Positions 1 to 10,204 are shown, numbered from the stretch's first letter. The stretch is 64,000 bases of DNA from Oscillospiraceae bacterium (GCA_045606725.1 JAZUSM010000119.1:41491-105490); one strand, 5' to 3'. Program-made: numbers and translations. Notes: a model not told the origin generated them from the letters alone.

Positions 1-418
1 GAAGGCCCTTAAGCTTACTCATCGGCTTATTGGGGTATGCAACTCTTGCACCCACACCCTTTGCGCAGTCCATAGGTGAACCGCCGCCGAATGCAATTAT
101 TGCCTGACAATTTCCGTTTACATAAAGTTCTCTTGCAGCCTCTACATTTTTTACAGTCGGATTCGGACAGGTCTTATTATACACAATGCAACGGACAGCC
201 TTTGCTTCGAGTGCTTCAACAAGCTTTACAAAGCTATCTGTGCCGCTTAAAAATTCATCTGTAACAAGAAGCACTGAGCTGATTTTCTTATCGGTCATAA
301 CATCAGGTATTTTATCAAGGCTGTCAAGGCATACAGGCTCTCTGTACGGCATTACCGGCAGTGCAATATGGAATGCGCCCTGAAAAATTCTGCAATAAAT
401 TTTCTTGGCAATGTTCAT
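1..418 (-). CDS. Iron-containing (group III) alcohol dehydrogenase, N-terminal 139 codons only; the 3' end lies beyond the window edge
   Basis: Absent from the ORF track because no stop codon is reached. My reverse-strand reading from ATG 418-416 stays open to nt 2: MNIAKKIYCRIFQGAFHIALPVMPYREP...VNGNCQAIIAFGGGSPMDCAKGVGARVAYPNKPMSKLKGL. GGGSPxDxAK is the Fe-ADH hallmark. The ATG lies 2 nt after the MarR stop codon. Confidence 0.75.
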   Translation of the reverse strand, partial: MNIAKKIYCRIFQGAFHIALPVMPYREPVCLDSLDKIPDVMTDKKISSVLLVTDEFLSGTDSFVKLVEALEAKAVRCIVYNKTCPNPTVKNVEAARELYVNGNCQAIIAFGGGSPMDCAKGVGARVAYPNKPMSKLKGL

Positions 419-420
419 TA

Positions 421-858
421 TCAAAGTCCTTTCTCGCTCAAAGCCTCCAGATTAGAGCAAATAATTTCAAGCGCTTCATAGAAATTATCTCTCTGCTCAT
501 CAGTAAGACCTTTTCCTCCGTATTCAACTGCGGCTGCAGCTCTTGAATTAATAAGCTCGGCAATCATTTTTCCCTGCTTTGTAAGCTTGAGAGGTGCTCT
601 GTAATTGGTACCCTCTTTTTCAACAAGACCCTTCTTTTCCATGAGTGATACTGCGCGTGAAACGTCAGCTTTATCTCTTGAACACTCGTCAGAAAGCTTT
701 GCGGCAGTTATTCCCTCAGGATATCTGTACATTGTTGTAAAATACACGGAATGAGGACCTTTTAGTCCGTAATCGTTCATTACATCATTGGCAATTTTAT
801 GCCAGTAATGGGAAATCTCTGAAATAAAGTATGAAAACTTTTCAAAACGGTCAACCAT
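421..858 (-). CDS. MarR-family transcriptional regulator
   Basis: 145 aa with a winged-helix MarR pattern (ITAAKLSDECSRDKADVSRAVSLMEKKGLVEKEGTNYRAPLKLTKQG). It has its own consensus promoter plus a palindromic operator upstream. Confidence 0.85.
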   Translation of the reverse strand: MVDRFEKFSYFISEISHYWHKIANDVMNDYGLKGPHSVYFTTMYRYPEGITAAKLSDECSRDKADVSRAVSLMEKKGLVEKEGTNYRAPLKLTKQGKMIAELINSRAAAAVEYGGKGLTDEQRDNFYEALEIICSNLEALSEKGL

Positions 859-883
859 ATCTTCTCTTCTCCTTTAAGTAAAT

Positions 884-897
884 GTTGATTAATCAAC
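884..897. promoter_or_regulatory. Candidate MarR operator: perfect 14-bp palindrome GTTGATTAATCAAC
   Basis: Read directly from the sequence. It lies 4 nt downstream of the -10 box of the marR promoter, over the expected transcription start, which is the usual position of MarR autoregulatory operators. Confidence 0.5.
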
Positions 898-901
898 TTT
901 G

Positions 902-930
902 ATTATACCGTATTTTCGTTGAATTGTCAA
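902..930 (-). promoter_or_regulatory. SigA-type promoter of the marR-adh unit (TTGACA-17 nt-TATAAT)
   Basis: Reverse strand: TTGACA (930-925), 17-nt spacer, TATAAT (907-902). This is a perfect consensus about 45 nt upstream of ATG 858. Confidence 0.6.
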
Positions 931-944
931 CAAAATACGAACAC

Positions 945-971
945 AAAAAACGGCAAGGACCCGCCTTGCCG
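945..971 (-). terminator. Rho-independent terminator after the fused ABC transporter gene
   Basis: Reverse strand: CGGCAAGG-cgggt-CCTTGCCG followed by TTTTTT, 14 nt after the stop at 985. Confidence 0.8.
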
Positions 972-984
972 TTTCTGTATACAA

Positions 985-3900
985 TTATTCTGTACGGAGT
1001 GCAACAACCGGGTCTTTCTTTGCTGCGCTTCTTGATGGGATAATACCTGAAATAAGTGTAAGAAGCACACTGATAATAACAAGAATTGCTGCTGCGGGAA
1101 CAGGAAGAACTGCTTTGAGGTTGCTGATATCAGTAAGATTATACATAATGATATTGATCGGAATACACAGGAGATATGTTACAACTACGCCGAGAAGTCC
1201 TGCTGTAAAACCAACGATAACTGTTTCTGCATTGAACATTCCTGAAACTTCCTTCTTGGACGCACCGATTGCACGGAGGATACCGATTTCCTTTGTTCTT
1301 TCCTGAACGGAAATAAGTGTTATAACTCCAATCATGATGGAGGAAACGATAAGAGAAATTGCAACAAATGCGATAAGAACATATGTGATGGCGTTGATGA
1401 TTGTTGTAATGGAGGACATCATAATACCGAGATAGTCGGTATACTTAATCTGTTTGAGTTCCTCAACAGAGGAATTATATTCATCAATTGCTTCTACAAT
1501 TACGTCCTTATTTTCAAAGGAGGAAGCGTAAATATTGATTGTTGCAGGGTATTCTATATCTATATATCCCATTTTTCTGAGATTATCCTCATAGGTGGAA
1601 TCAGAGAATACCATGATTTCATCATAGTAGAGTGCAGCCTGTTCATCCGTATAGGTTGGAATTGCCATATCAAGAGCACCTGCAAGCTGGTCAGGTGTCA
1701 TTACTGCCATCTGTGTGACAATCTCTGCTGCATACTGAACCTTAATCTGCTCCTTCATCATCTGTGTGAAGAAGTCAGTCATTTCCTCATCTGTCATGGA
1801 CTCAAAATACTCTGTAATTTCATCTGCTGAAACTCCGACCTGTGTTCCCAGTGCATCAGCAAGGGTTGCTTCTATTTCCTCACGGGTCATAGCACCGAGA
1901 GTTGCGTCAATCTGCTGCTGAACGAATTCAGGTGTAGGGACGCAGCTGATTGAAACATAAGCTGCTGCCTTTCCGTTTGTATCAAGTCCTTCGAGGTATT
2001 CAACGAGCGCGGTCTTCTTATCTGCATCGGAAAGGCTTCCTGTTGTAGAGTCAAAAGGAAGTCCTGTAATGACATCTGTATCCGGTGTTTCAAGCTGTGC
2101 TTTAACAACGTCTGTTTCGTCAGCCTTTTCGATAAGATACTTTGTAAGGTCGCTTGTATATGCGATATAGCCTGTAAGCATTGCTGTATCGGTATCTTCC
2201 TTAGGGCGTACAATACCTGCTACTTTCATTGTAAGGGCATTGTCATAGAGATAACGGAGTCCTGCTTCAGTTTCACGCATATCTGTGTAAAGTCCCGTTG
2301 CTTCGTCATAGTGATAGCAATCAGCGTTAAGAATTGTTTTATATTCTGTGTTGCAGATATCCTCATACGTCCACTTTGTTGTACCTCTGTCAGAAAGCTC
2401 AACCTTATCAATTGCAGCAGAAGCGAGATCCTCAATCTCTCCTTCGGAAACAAGACCAAGTGCATAAAGAACAATATCATCAAGCTCGTTATTCTTGTCA
2501 ACAACAAGCACTACTTCGTCATAGCTGTCAGGCCATGTGCCGTACACAACCTCATACTGGTCGAGGATAAGGTCATTTACAGGTGCACCGTTTTCACCGG
2601 GAAGAAGCTCCTGCCAGAGTTTCACTCCTCCCATACCGCTCATGGAGGACATGCTTGCCATATTTGCATTGGACATTTCAACCATAGAGGACATATCCAT
2701 ACCGACATACTGTAGCATAAGGTCGATAATGATTTCTTCCAGGTTGGTATACATAATCTTATCATCTACAGTTTCAGTATAAAGCTGCAGGTCAAGGTTA
2801 TATCCGTACTGAACACCGTTTACTGCTTCTGAAAGCTTGCTTTCCTTATCGGCAAGCTGTGCGCCAATATACTCATTGAACGCTTTCAGGTCGTTTTCGC
2901 TGGTTTCGATATTGTTCATTGCGTTAATCATATCGTAAAGAGCGGTTTTCTTGTACACGGCGTCATTCTCGTGGGCTGTTTCCTCGGAATCAACATTCAT
3001 GAACGCCTCCATAAGTGCGGACATTTCAACGGTTGTTGCTTCAAGGGTAAGAGGATAAGCTGAAAGTGTGCTTTCCTGAACATCATTGATATAAGCTGTC
3101 ATACCTGTTGAAATAGCAAGGATAAGTGCGATACCGATGATACCGATTGAGCCTGCAAAGGAAGTGAGGATTGTTCTTCCTTTCTTGGTGAAAAGATTTT
3201 TCAGGGAAAGCATAAAGGATGTGCCGAAAGACATGGAAGGCTTCTTTGTTTTCTTTGCATCCTTGTTTGCTTCTTCGACAGCCTTGTTTTCGTCAGCAAT
3301 TTCTTCTTCGGTAAGCGGCATTGAGTCGTTTGTGATAACGCCGTCAAGCATTCTGATTATTCTTGATGAATACTGCTCGGCAAGCTCAGGGTTATGGGTT
3401 ACCATAACGATAAGTCTGTCCTTGGATATATTCTTGAGGATTTCCATTACCTGCACGCTTGTTTCTGTATCAAGAGCACCTGTAGGTTCGTCCGCAAGGA
3501 TAATGTCGGGGTTATTTACAAGCGCACGGGCAATTGCTACACGCTGCATCTGTCCGCCTGACATTTCGCTTGGTTTCTTTTTAAGCTGGTCACCGAGTCC
3601 CACATCTTCAAGGGCTTTCTTGGCTCTTTCGCGGCGTTCGGCTTTGGATACACCTGAAAGCGTGAGAGCAAGTTCAACATTCTGGAGAACAGACTGGTGA
3701 GGAATGAGGTTATAGCTCTGGAAAACGAAACCGATAGAATGGTTTCTGTAAGCGTCCCAATCTCTGTCCTTGAATTTTTTGGTAGAAGTTCCGTTAATAA
3801 CGAGGTCACCCTCTGAGTATCCGTCAAGACCGCCAATGATATTGAGCATTGTTGTCTTACCGCAGCCTGATGGTCCGAGAATTGACACGAATTCAGATTT

Positions 3901-3987
3901 GCGGAATTGCAGGTCTATGCCCTTAAGTGCGTGCACAACTCCGTCGCCTGCAGGGTAATCCTTTTTGATTTGCTTCAGTTCCAGCAT
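985..3987 (-). CDS. Fused ABC transporter: N-terminal ATPase plus FtsX/MacB-type permease with a very large extracytoplasmic domain
   Basis: Track ORF is 985..4023. Start trimmed to ATG 3987 ([11 protein letters not shown]) because GGAGG lies 9 nt upstream. Motifs: Walker A GPSGCGKT, signature SGGQMQR, Walker B ILADEPT. One TM after about aa 280, then a roughly 570-aa acidic region, then a C-terminal FtsX-like TM bundle. Confidence 0.85.
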   Translation of the reverse strand: MLELKQIKKDYPAGDGVVHALKGIDLQFRKSEFVSILGPSGCGKTTMLNIIGGLDGYSEGDLVINGTSTKKFKDRDWDAYRNHSIGFVFQSYNLIPHQSVLQNVELALTLSGVSKAERRERAKKALEDVGLGDQLKKKPSEMSGGQMQRVAIARALVNNPDIILADEPTGALDTETSVQVMEILKNISKDRLIVMVTHNPELAEQYSSRIIRMLDGVITNDSMPLTEEEIADENKAVEEANKDAKKTKKPSMSFGTSFMLSLKNLFTKKGRTILTSFAGSIGIIGIALILAISTGMTAYINDVQESTLSAYPLTLEATTVEMSALMEAFMNVDSEETAHENDAVYKKTALYDMINAMNNIETSENDLKAFNEYIGAQLADKESKLSEAVNGVQYGYNLDLQLYTETVDDKIMYTNLEEIIIDLMLQYVGMDMSSMVEMSNANMASMSSMSGMGGVKLWQELLPGENGAPVNDLILDQYEVVYGTWPDSYDEVVLVVDKNNELDDIVLYALGLVSEGEIEDLASAAIDKVELSDRGTTKWTYEDICNTEYKTILNADCYHYDEATGLYTDMRETEAGLRYLYDNALTMKVAGIVRPKEDTDTAMLTGYIAYTSDLTKYLIEKADETDVVKAQLETPDTDVITGLPFDSTTGSLSDADKKTALVEYLEGLDTNGKAAAYVSISCVPTPEFVQQQIDATLGAMTREEIEATLADALGTQVGVSADEITEYFESMTDEEMTDFFTQMMKEQIKVQYAAEIVTQMAVMTPDQLAGALDMAIPTYTDEQAALYYDEIMVFSDSTYEDNLRKMGYIDIEYPATINIYASSFENKDVIVEAIDEYNSSVEELKQIKYTDYLGIMMSSITTIINAITYVLIAFVAISLIVSSIMIGVITLISVQERTKEIGILRAIGASKKEVSGMFNAETVIVGFTAGLLGVVVTYLLCIPINIIMYNLTDISNLKAVLPVPAAAILVIISVLLTLISGIIPSRSAAKKDPVVALRTE

Positions 3988-4062
3988 TGTTATACTGCCT
4001 CCAGATTCAATATATAAAAGCATTTGGTAACATTGTTAAGAAAATAACTTTCCAACTACATA

Positions 4063-4091
4063 ATTATACTCTCAAAGCCTTTCCCTGTCAA
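4063..4091 (-). promoter_or_regulatory. SigA-type promoter of the fused ABC gene (TTGACA-17-TATAAT)
   Basis: Reverse strand: TTGACA (4091-4086), 17-nt spacer, TATAAT (4068-4063). Confidence 0.6.
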
Positions 4092-4131
4092 CAAAATCCT
4101 GTTTTTTTCACATAAATTTCACTCAATGACA

Positions 4132-4161
4132 AAAGTCCGCACCAAAAGGCACGGACTTTTG
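4132..4161. terminator. Hairpin terminator closing the DUF58/MoxR unit (bidirectional shape)
   Basis: AAAAGTCCG-caccaaaaggca-CGGACTTTT. On the reverse strand the stem is followed by TTTTGTCATT. It lies 118 nt downstream of the stop at 4279. Confidence 0.7.
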
Positions 4162-4278
4162 TGAAAAAGAAAGAAAGTAAAGAAAGGAGAATAACTTCTG
4201 GAGTTTGTTACAACTGTATTATAGCATATCAATTTACTGCCGTCCAGTGTTTGGTGTACAGATTATTTCCCATCTGTG

Positions 4279-5469
4279 CTATGACAGCAATTCTGCTGAA
4301 TAATCCTCATTAATTCTCCATATTCGTTCTGCGCTTCCGCTTATTATCTTTTCAGCTGTTACAACAGCGCAGGACATTCCCTGCTCCTCAGCAAAAGCAA
4401 TTTCTGCACTCAGATTGCTGTCCAGCAGAGGGGTATAAATCATAAGCGCTCTTGAACCGCCTGACAGCATTTCTTCAACAGGAACACGTGTTATTTTTTT
4501 CTGCCCCGCAAGCTGACGTTCAAAACTGAAATCCGCAAGTCTTGTCTGTAAAACGGAAACATCACCAGGCTCAGAAATTGAAATTGCTTCATATATTCCG
4601 TTAAAACGGCAATGAACCGTTGACTCAAAACCACATTTAAGCATTCCGAGTGTGGCTGCAAGCATACCCTCTACGGCTCTTTCGTTTTCATAGATATTGT
4701 TTCCTCCAACGCTGTCAAGTATAATATTCTGCCTGATTGACTCAATTTCGTCATCAAGTCTTGTCATATATTTGTCGCGCTTTGATGAAAGCTTCCAGTT
4801 TATCCGTCGTATAGGGTCACCCTCGATATACTCCCTGTGAGTGTACCCTGGCATTCCTGAAAAGCCTGTTACACTTTCGCTTTCGCTGGTTTCCTCGCTG
4901 TCATCGGCAAAACGTGCTGCCTCAACAGCTGAACGAAGAAGCGGCGAGTCCCCTTGTATTTCGGGAATATCTGGAAACACCTTTACCTCATTCATGGAAT
5001 TAAGGCAGGACATACGAAACTTGAAAAATCCCATAAAATCGTGCAGAAATGCACTTTCTGAACCAATAATATATCGTCCCCACACCTTAGCCTTATAATT
5101 GATTTCCACGACACTTTCACTTCTCGGTGATACGCTTACAACATAACAGCTGCAATCGTCCTCGGGGTCAAGTCCACCTGTTGCGGCAATTCTTATTTTT
5201 ACGGCGGGTACAGGAAAAACACTTCTGTTGCGTACAACAATTCTTAGAGTTGACATTTCACCCTTATATAACATCGTACGATTGACATCGGAAGTTACCG
5301 ACACCCTGTTATTCTTTGTAAGGAAATATGTTATTGCCAGTGAAAAAATCGGTGCGCAGACAAGCATATATACAAACGTCCAACCGATAGGCGCTGACAA
5401 ACACAATGCAAAAGCGACACTTATTGCAATTGCAATAAGGTACAGAAAAACACTGATAAACATTTTCAT
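4279..5469 (-). CDS. DUF58 domain protein (MoxR partner), copy 1
   Basis: 396 aa with N-terminal TM helices and the DUF58-type motif REYIEGDPIRRINWKLSSKRDKYMTRLDDE. There is a 10-nt gap to the MoxR gene upstream. Confidence 0.8.
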   Translation of the reverse strand: MKMFISVFLYLIAIAISVAFALCLSAPIGWTFVYMLVCAPIFSLAITYFLTKNNRVSVTSDVNRTMLYKGEMSTLRIVVRNRSVFPVPAVKIRIAATGGLDPEDDCSCYVVSVSPRSESVVEINYKAKVWGRYIIGSESAFLHDFMGFFKFRMSCLNSMNEVKVFPDIPEIQGDSPLLRSAVEAARFADDSEETSESESVTGFSGMPGYTHREYIEGDPIRRINWKLSSKRDKYMTRLDDEIESIRQNIILDSVGGNNIYENERAVEGMLAATLGMLKCGFESTVHCRFNGIYEAISISEPGDVSVLQTRLADFSFERQLAGQKKITRVPVEEMLSGGSRALMIYTPLLDSNLSAEIAFAEEQGMSCAVVTAEKIISGSAERIWRINEDYSAELLS

Positions 5470-5479
5470 GGCAGTACCC

Positions 5480-6409
5480 TTATTCTGTCGGCACGGCTAT
5501 TCTGCCGAGAATTTTTTCAAATGCCTTTTCCGGAGTTTCATACATTGATTTTCCCTTTGGCGAAAGCATAATTCTGTGTGCAAGTGTACATACACAGCAA
5601 TCCTTTACATCCTGAGGGGTAATGTAATCACGTCCAGCCATAAATGCCCATGCCTTTGCGGATTTATACAGGGCAATACTTCCTCTCGGACTTACTCCAA
5701 GTCTGATACCCTCATCATTTCTGGTTTCGCTGACGATACTGATAATATAATTCTTTACCTTTTCTTCGGCACGAACCTGCTTGACCTGCTCCTGCAATTC
5801 CACGATATCTTCAATTTTCAGCACGGGTGAAATTTTTGAAACAGGGTTTTCAAACTCATTTCTGTCGAGAATGGAAAGCTCCTCTCCTGCTGTCGGGTAA
5901 CCCATACTTATTTTCATTGCAAATCGGTCCATCTGTGCTTCGGGGAGATGGTATGTGCCGTATGTTTCAACCGGATTCTGTGTTGCAAGTACCATGAACG
6001 GCTTGGGCAGAATATAGGTTGTACCGTCGATACTTACCTGATGTTCTTCCATTACTTCAAGGAGTGAGGACTGGGCTTTCGGCGAAGCACGGTTGATTTC
6101 GTCGGCAAGGAGGAAGTTACAGAAAGCTGCACCTTTACGATATTCAAACTCACCTGTTTCGCGGTTCAGCATAGAAAAGCCTGTAATATCCGATGGCATA
6201 ATATCAGGGGTCATCTGGACACGGCTGAACACGCCGTCCACTGACTTTGACAGTGCTGCCGCAAGCTGAGTTTTACCTACGCCAGGAACGTCCTCAACAA
6301 GGATATGTCCTTCGGTAAGAAGTGCGCAGACAGTCTGCATAATAGGTGTACGCTTGCCCACGATTACCTTTTCAATATTTTCGATAAGAAGCTGAATTTT
6401 TGCGTCCAT
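5480..6409 (-). CDS. MoxR-family AAA+ ATPase, copy 1
   Basis: Track start 6487 would overlap the upstream gene. ATG 6409 (MDAKIQLLIENIEK) follows AAAGGAAAAAAACT. Motifs: Walker A VPGVGKT, Walker B LLADEINR, and LATQNP. Confidence 0.9.
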   Translation of the reverse strand: MDAKIQLLIENIEKVIVGKRTPIMQTVCALLTEGHILVEDVPGVGKTQLAAALSKSVDGVFSRVQMTPDIMPSDITGFSMLNRETGEFEYRKGAAFCNFLLADEINRASPKAQSSLLEVMEEHQVSIDGTTYILPKPFMVLATQNPVETYGTYHLPEAQMDRFAMKISMGYPTAGEELSILDRNEFENPVSKISPVLKIEDIVELQEQVKQVRAEEKVKNYIISIVSETRNDEGIRLGVSPRGSIALYKSAKAWAFMAGRDYITPQDVKDCCVCTLAHRIMLSPKGKSMYETPEKAFEKILGRIAVPTE

Positions 6410-6425
6410 AGTTTTTTTCCTTTCT

Positions 6426-7481
6426 TTAAGCAAGCCCTGTGTCAAGCACAAGGGCAGGATTGATGATAATATCCTTGACCTCGTCACGGGTCAGAAGCTT
6501 TGTCCCCTGAGTGCCCTCAAGGAAGATTTCCTGCGAGGTTTCCACAAGGTCAAAGGACTGCTCCAGAACTGCCATGATTTCGGGGATTATCACGTTGTCA
6601 AGGGTACTTGCCAGCAAACCGACGGCAAGTATCGGATTGGTTGTTTTTGCGTACTCATCAGCGGCATCTGCAAGTCGGTCAAGCGCCTTGATAAGCCTGT
6701 TAAAATAGGAAAGGCTGTCCTCGTACATTGCACCGAACTCTTCGCCGTGCTGATCAGCACTTTTATACTGCTTTTCAAAATCGTCACGGATAGCTGTAAT
6801 ATCATCACGCAGTTTGCTGTAATCGGCTGTCATCAGGCTTGTTATGTCAGACATATTTACGCTGTCGAGAACCATATTCAGTGATGTTATCACGCTGTTT
6901 TCCATTTCATTGGCAAGCTGTTTCTTCTCTTTCAGTTCGGGACGTGTTTCCTGTTTGACGTATACGTTGCCGTTGAGAAAATAGTGGTCAATAAGGAATT
7001 TTGTAACACGATTCTGCTCGTCAGCAGAGAGGGTAAACATTGTTTTTATTGGAATACCGCTTCTGTCCGTAGGGAGAAGTCCTCCACGGGTGAACTCGGT
7101 TATGATTTCTTCCGGTACTTCCTCGGTAACGGCTGTTGTTTCCGTTGTTTTTTCGGTATCAAGGGGAACTGTGGGGAAGCTTTCCGTTGGAACTGTTGTA
7201 AGCACGATAGGCTCAGTTTCTGGTACGAGGGGTGCTGTTGTGACAGCGGTTTCCTGTCCTTTCAGTTCCACATCTGTAACGGCAAGCTTATCACCAAGCT
7301 GTTCCTTGGCTTGCTCCTCGGCTTTCTGGATTTCAGCCTGAAGCTGTCCCTGGACGATTGCTTCAGCGAGGGTTTTATCCTTTGTTGCGGCTTCCGCGAC
7401 GTACTTTTCGGTGAAGTGTGATGCAAGCAGCACGCTTATCGTGCCGACGATTAGGATTGCTATTATTTTTATTGTTTTCAT
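6426..7481 (-). CDS. Hypothetical N-terminally anchored extracytoplasmic protein with a Thr/Glu/Pro-rich linker
   Basis: Track start GTG 7487 is only 2 nt from the SD AAGGAG, whereas ATG 7481 has 8-nt spacing (MKTIKIIAILIVGTISVLLASHF). Linker is TETTAVTEEVPEE. The C-terminal helical domain has no family I recognise. Confidence 0.6.
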   Translation of the reverse strand: MKTIKIIAILIVGTISVLLASHFTEKYVAEAATKDKTLAEAIVQGQLQAEIQKAEEQAKEQLGDKLAVTDVELKGQETAVTTAPLVPETEPIVLTTVPTESFPTVPLDTEKTTETTAVTEEVPEEIITEFTRGGLLPTDRSGIPIKTMFTLSADEQNRVTKFLIDHYFLNGNVYVKQETRPELKEKKQLANEMENSVITSLNMVLDSVNMSDITSLMTADYSKLRDDITAIRDDFEKQYKSADQHGEEFGAMYEDSLSYFNRLIKALDRLADAADEYAKTTNPILAVGLLASTLDNVIIPEIMAVLEQSFDLVETSQEIFLEGTQGTKLLTRDEVKDIIINPALVLDTGLA

Positions 7482-7501
7482 CAGCACGACTCCTTTCGTT
7501 C

Positions 7502-8119
7502 TTACTTGCTGAAATCAAGCATTAAAAGCTTTTTGCCGTTGGGTAATTTTTCTTCAGATTTATTGCACAGCAAATAATCAATTTGCTTCATTGCATTGAC
7601 AAGACCGTCCTCGTCAATCTGATTGTGGACGCTTTCAATTCCGTCGAAAGCGTGGAGATACGGCGAGTCGGAAACAAAGCCATCGCCTGTATTTATCTGA
7701 ATTACGCAGGAAACCTGCTTGGGGCTGACCTTATTTACGACACGTTGAAAATTTTTGTAGCCGATATATTCAATCAGCAAATCAGCAACCACGAAATCCG
7801 CTTCGGGCAACTGAACAATTTCGTCCGTCAGGTCGGCGCAGATAAATTTTGCTACACCGTTCAAGTGCGGGTATCTTTCACTGCATTTCTGCAGATATTC
7901 GTTGTTGACGTCAACACCGTAGACCGCGTTATATTCGGCGGGGTTGATATGTTCAAGTCCGTTTCCGCCTGCAATGCCCAGTATCATAATGCTTTTGCAG
8001 GGGTAGCTTTCAAACTGCTGTTTCATCATTGAATTGAGCGTCTGCAACTGCATAACGCTGTCAAGGCTCATATGATTTTCGTAGTCGGACAGGCTTACTT
8101 CTTCCCAAGGGTTTTTCAT
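7502..8119 (-). CDS. Class I SAM-dependent methyltransferase
   Basis: 205 aa with motif I ILGIAGGNGLEHI and an acidic post-I residue (VYGVDVN). SD AAGGAG lies upstream. Confidence 0.7.
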   Translation of the reverse strand: MKNPWEEVSLSDYENHMSLDSVMQLQTLNSMMKQQFESYPCKSIMILGIAGGNGLEHINPAEYNAVYGVDVNNEYLQKCSERYPHLNGVAKFICADLTDEIVQLPEADFVVADLLIEYIGYKNFQRVVNKVSPKQVSCVIQINTGDGFVSDSPYLHAFDGIESVHNQIDEDGLVNAMKQIDYLLCNKSEEKLPNGKKLLMLDFSK

Positions 8120-8164
8120 TTTTATAAAACTCCTTTAGTTATTATTTGCAAAATCAATTCAACA

Positions 8165-8737
8165 TTATTTTTCCAAATCTCCGATTGAAAACGATATATG
8201 TTCAACGTTTCCGCTTTCATTGCAGGTAATGCGCACTATAAATTGTGAATTATCATCTATATCAACCTGTACTGTTGAACTGCAACTTGTTTGAGTTACA
8301 TAATCAAATGCTCCAAAATATTTTTCTACATCTTTCATATTACTGCAAAATGATAATCCATTTACATATATTGGACAATTCTCACTGAAAATTACAGACT
8401 TTACATATCCGTTGTATATATCTCCTGATAAGCTTTCATCAACAATTCTTGCTGCACCTACATATTTGCCATCATAATTTATATTCACATCAACCAAAGC
8501 GTTATCATCGCTTTGATAAAAAATCTGAAACTCAAAATCATCTCCAAAATTTTTCAAGCTAATAGGTACATCTGCTTTTCTATCATTTATCAATATGCAC
8601 TCTTTTAAAGTTTCATATGTCCAGCCTGCTTCAATAGGTACACCAACTTTTTCAACCTGTGTGCTTTCATCAGTCTTACAGCTCGACAAGCTCAACACAA
8701 CTACGATTGCTATAAATAATGATAAAATTCGTTTCAT
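8165..8737 (-). CDS. Hypothetical lipoprotein
   Basis: 190 aa with a signal peptide and lipobox LSLSSC. SD AAGGA lies 7 nt upstream. The gene is markedly AT-richer than the flanking genes. Confidence 0.65.
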   Translation of the reverse strand: MKRILSLFIAIVVVLSLSSCKTDESTQVEKVGVPIEAGWTYETLKECILINDRKADVPISLKNFGDDFEFQIFYQSDDNALVDVNINYDGKYVGAARIVDESLSGDIYNGYVKSVIFSENCPIYVNGLSFCSNMKDVEKYFGAFDYVTQTSCSSTVQVDIDDNSQFIVRITCNESGNVEHISFSIGDLEK

Positions 8738-8774
8738 ATTATGTTCCTTTCTGTTATGTTTAAATTGCGAATTA

Positions 8775-9527
8775 TCAATAAAGCTTCTTCCCTCCGAAAT
8801 CCTTTTTACGCACAGAAGCTATGCAGAAAACGTACATTGCGGCTGTTGCGGCGGCGAGGACAAGACAGCGGAGAAGCTGGCTTCCTGCGCTGTTGGAAAT
8901 CACAAGCATATTGCCAAGTCCAAGTGCTATTCCTGCAAAGAGGGACATGAACAATGCGGTGGACTCCCTGTCGGTTGCGAGGGAAACAAGCATATTTACC
9001 GTGCCGCAGAGGACATAGAAAAGAAGCACTGCGGCGGATGCGGCGATTATTGTGGGGACGGGTGCGGTTGTGAAGTCCGTTGCGGGCTGTCCCGACATTA
9101 CACGGAAGCCAACGAAGTCACCTGACCACACGTTGCTGAAATTGAACGCTCTTGAACAGATGATAAGGTTGATTGCGAACATTACTCCAAAAAAGACAGC
9201 GCTGTTCACGAGGTAGGTCAAAAGCTTGCCTGCGAGCCAGTTTGCACGGCTGCCGCAGCGGAGGATTTCTATTCCGCCGAAGCCGCTGTCGAACATTATT
9301 CCGCAGACCACGAACAGGTAAAGCGGCAGGTAGATGAACACGATATTCATCGGGTCGGTAAGTATAAGAAACAGCACTTCCATTGCCGAAAATGTTACCA
9401 TTCCTGCCATGTCGACATATTTATGGACGCTTACAACTGCCACAAATGCGATTACCGCGAGGGCAAGGCACCATCTTGCCGCAGGGATATGCTCGGAAAG
9501 GCTGAAACGCAGTCCTCTCAGTTTCAT
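8775..9527 (-). CDS. ABC-2-type permease subunit (LanG/MutG-like size and topology)
   Basis: 250 aa, polytopic and hydrophobic. The ATG overlaps the stop of the upstream permease by 4 nt (ATGA). Confidence 0.6.
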   Translation of the reverse strand: MKLRGLRFSLSEHIPAARWCLALAVIAFVAVVSVHKYVDMAGMVTFSAMEVLFLILTDPMNIVFIYLPLYLFVVCGIMFDSGFGGIEILRCGSRANWLAGKLLTYLVNSAVFFGVMFAINLIICSRAFNFSNVWSGDFVGFRVMSGQPATDFTTAPVPTIIAASAAVLLFYVLCGTVNMLVSLATDRESTALFMSLFAGIALGLGNMLVISNSAGSQLLRCLVLAAATAAMYVFCIASVRKKDFGGKKLY

Positions 9528-10204
9528 CTGCGGTCACCTGCCTTTCCGTAGAGGGTAAGCAGGATTGCGCTTGCTGTAAGGATAAGGGGCACGGCGAAAC
9601 GCTGTAGAGTTATTTCTCCGCCGTAGATTGAGGGTGCAATATCAAGTGGCGGATAGAAGCGTTCAAGTTTAAGATGCGGGAAAGCGTAGATACACAGCAG
9701 ATACAGCACCTGCGGCATTACAAGCGGTACGTAGCGATGGTGGTTTACGAAAGTCAGGCCGTAGGAAATTGCGGCATAGCCAAAGCCGAAAGTGATTGGC
9801 AGGACGAGGCATTTTGCCGCAAAAGAAAAATCGGGTACTCCGCCTATGCAAAGACACACCAGAAGCAGTGCAAGCTGTGGGATAACCAGGGCAAGCGCAC
9901 CCGAAATTCCGCTTGTGAGCAGACGTGCAAGCTGGTATCCATTTTTTCGGAGTTTGATTGTCATAAGCGTTCCGAAACGGGTTTCTTTTTCCTGCATAAT
10001 CATTACGGAGTACGGCATTGCTGCAAGTACGGGTGCGGCGAAAGGCAAGGCAAGAGCCTGTGCACTGGTATAGAGGGTTTCAGTTCCGCCTGCTGTCAAA
10101 TAGTACGCCATTGCACCAAAAAGCAGGATTGCGTTGAGTGCGATGCTTATAAAAAAGGCCGGCTCGGTTATTACACGCTTTAAGTCAGTTGACAAGAATT
10201 TCAT
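9524..10204 (-). CDS. ABC-2-type permease subunit (LanE/MutE-like size and topology)
   Basis: 226 aa, polytopic. Overlaps the ATPase gene by 20 nt. Confidence 0.6.
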   Translation of the reverse strand: MKFLSTDLKRVITEPAFFISIALNAILLFGAMAYYLTAGGTETLYTSAQALALPFAAPVLAAMPYSVMIMQEKETRFGTLMTIKLRKNGYQLARLLTSGISGALALVIPQLALLLVCLCIGGVPDFSFAAKCLVLPITFGFGYAAISYGLTFVNHHRYVPLVMPQVLYLLCIYAFPHLKLERFYPPLDIAPSIYGGEITLQRFAVPLILTASAILLTLYGKAGDRR

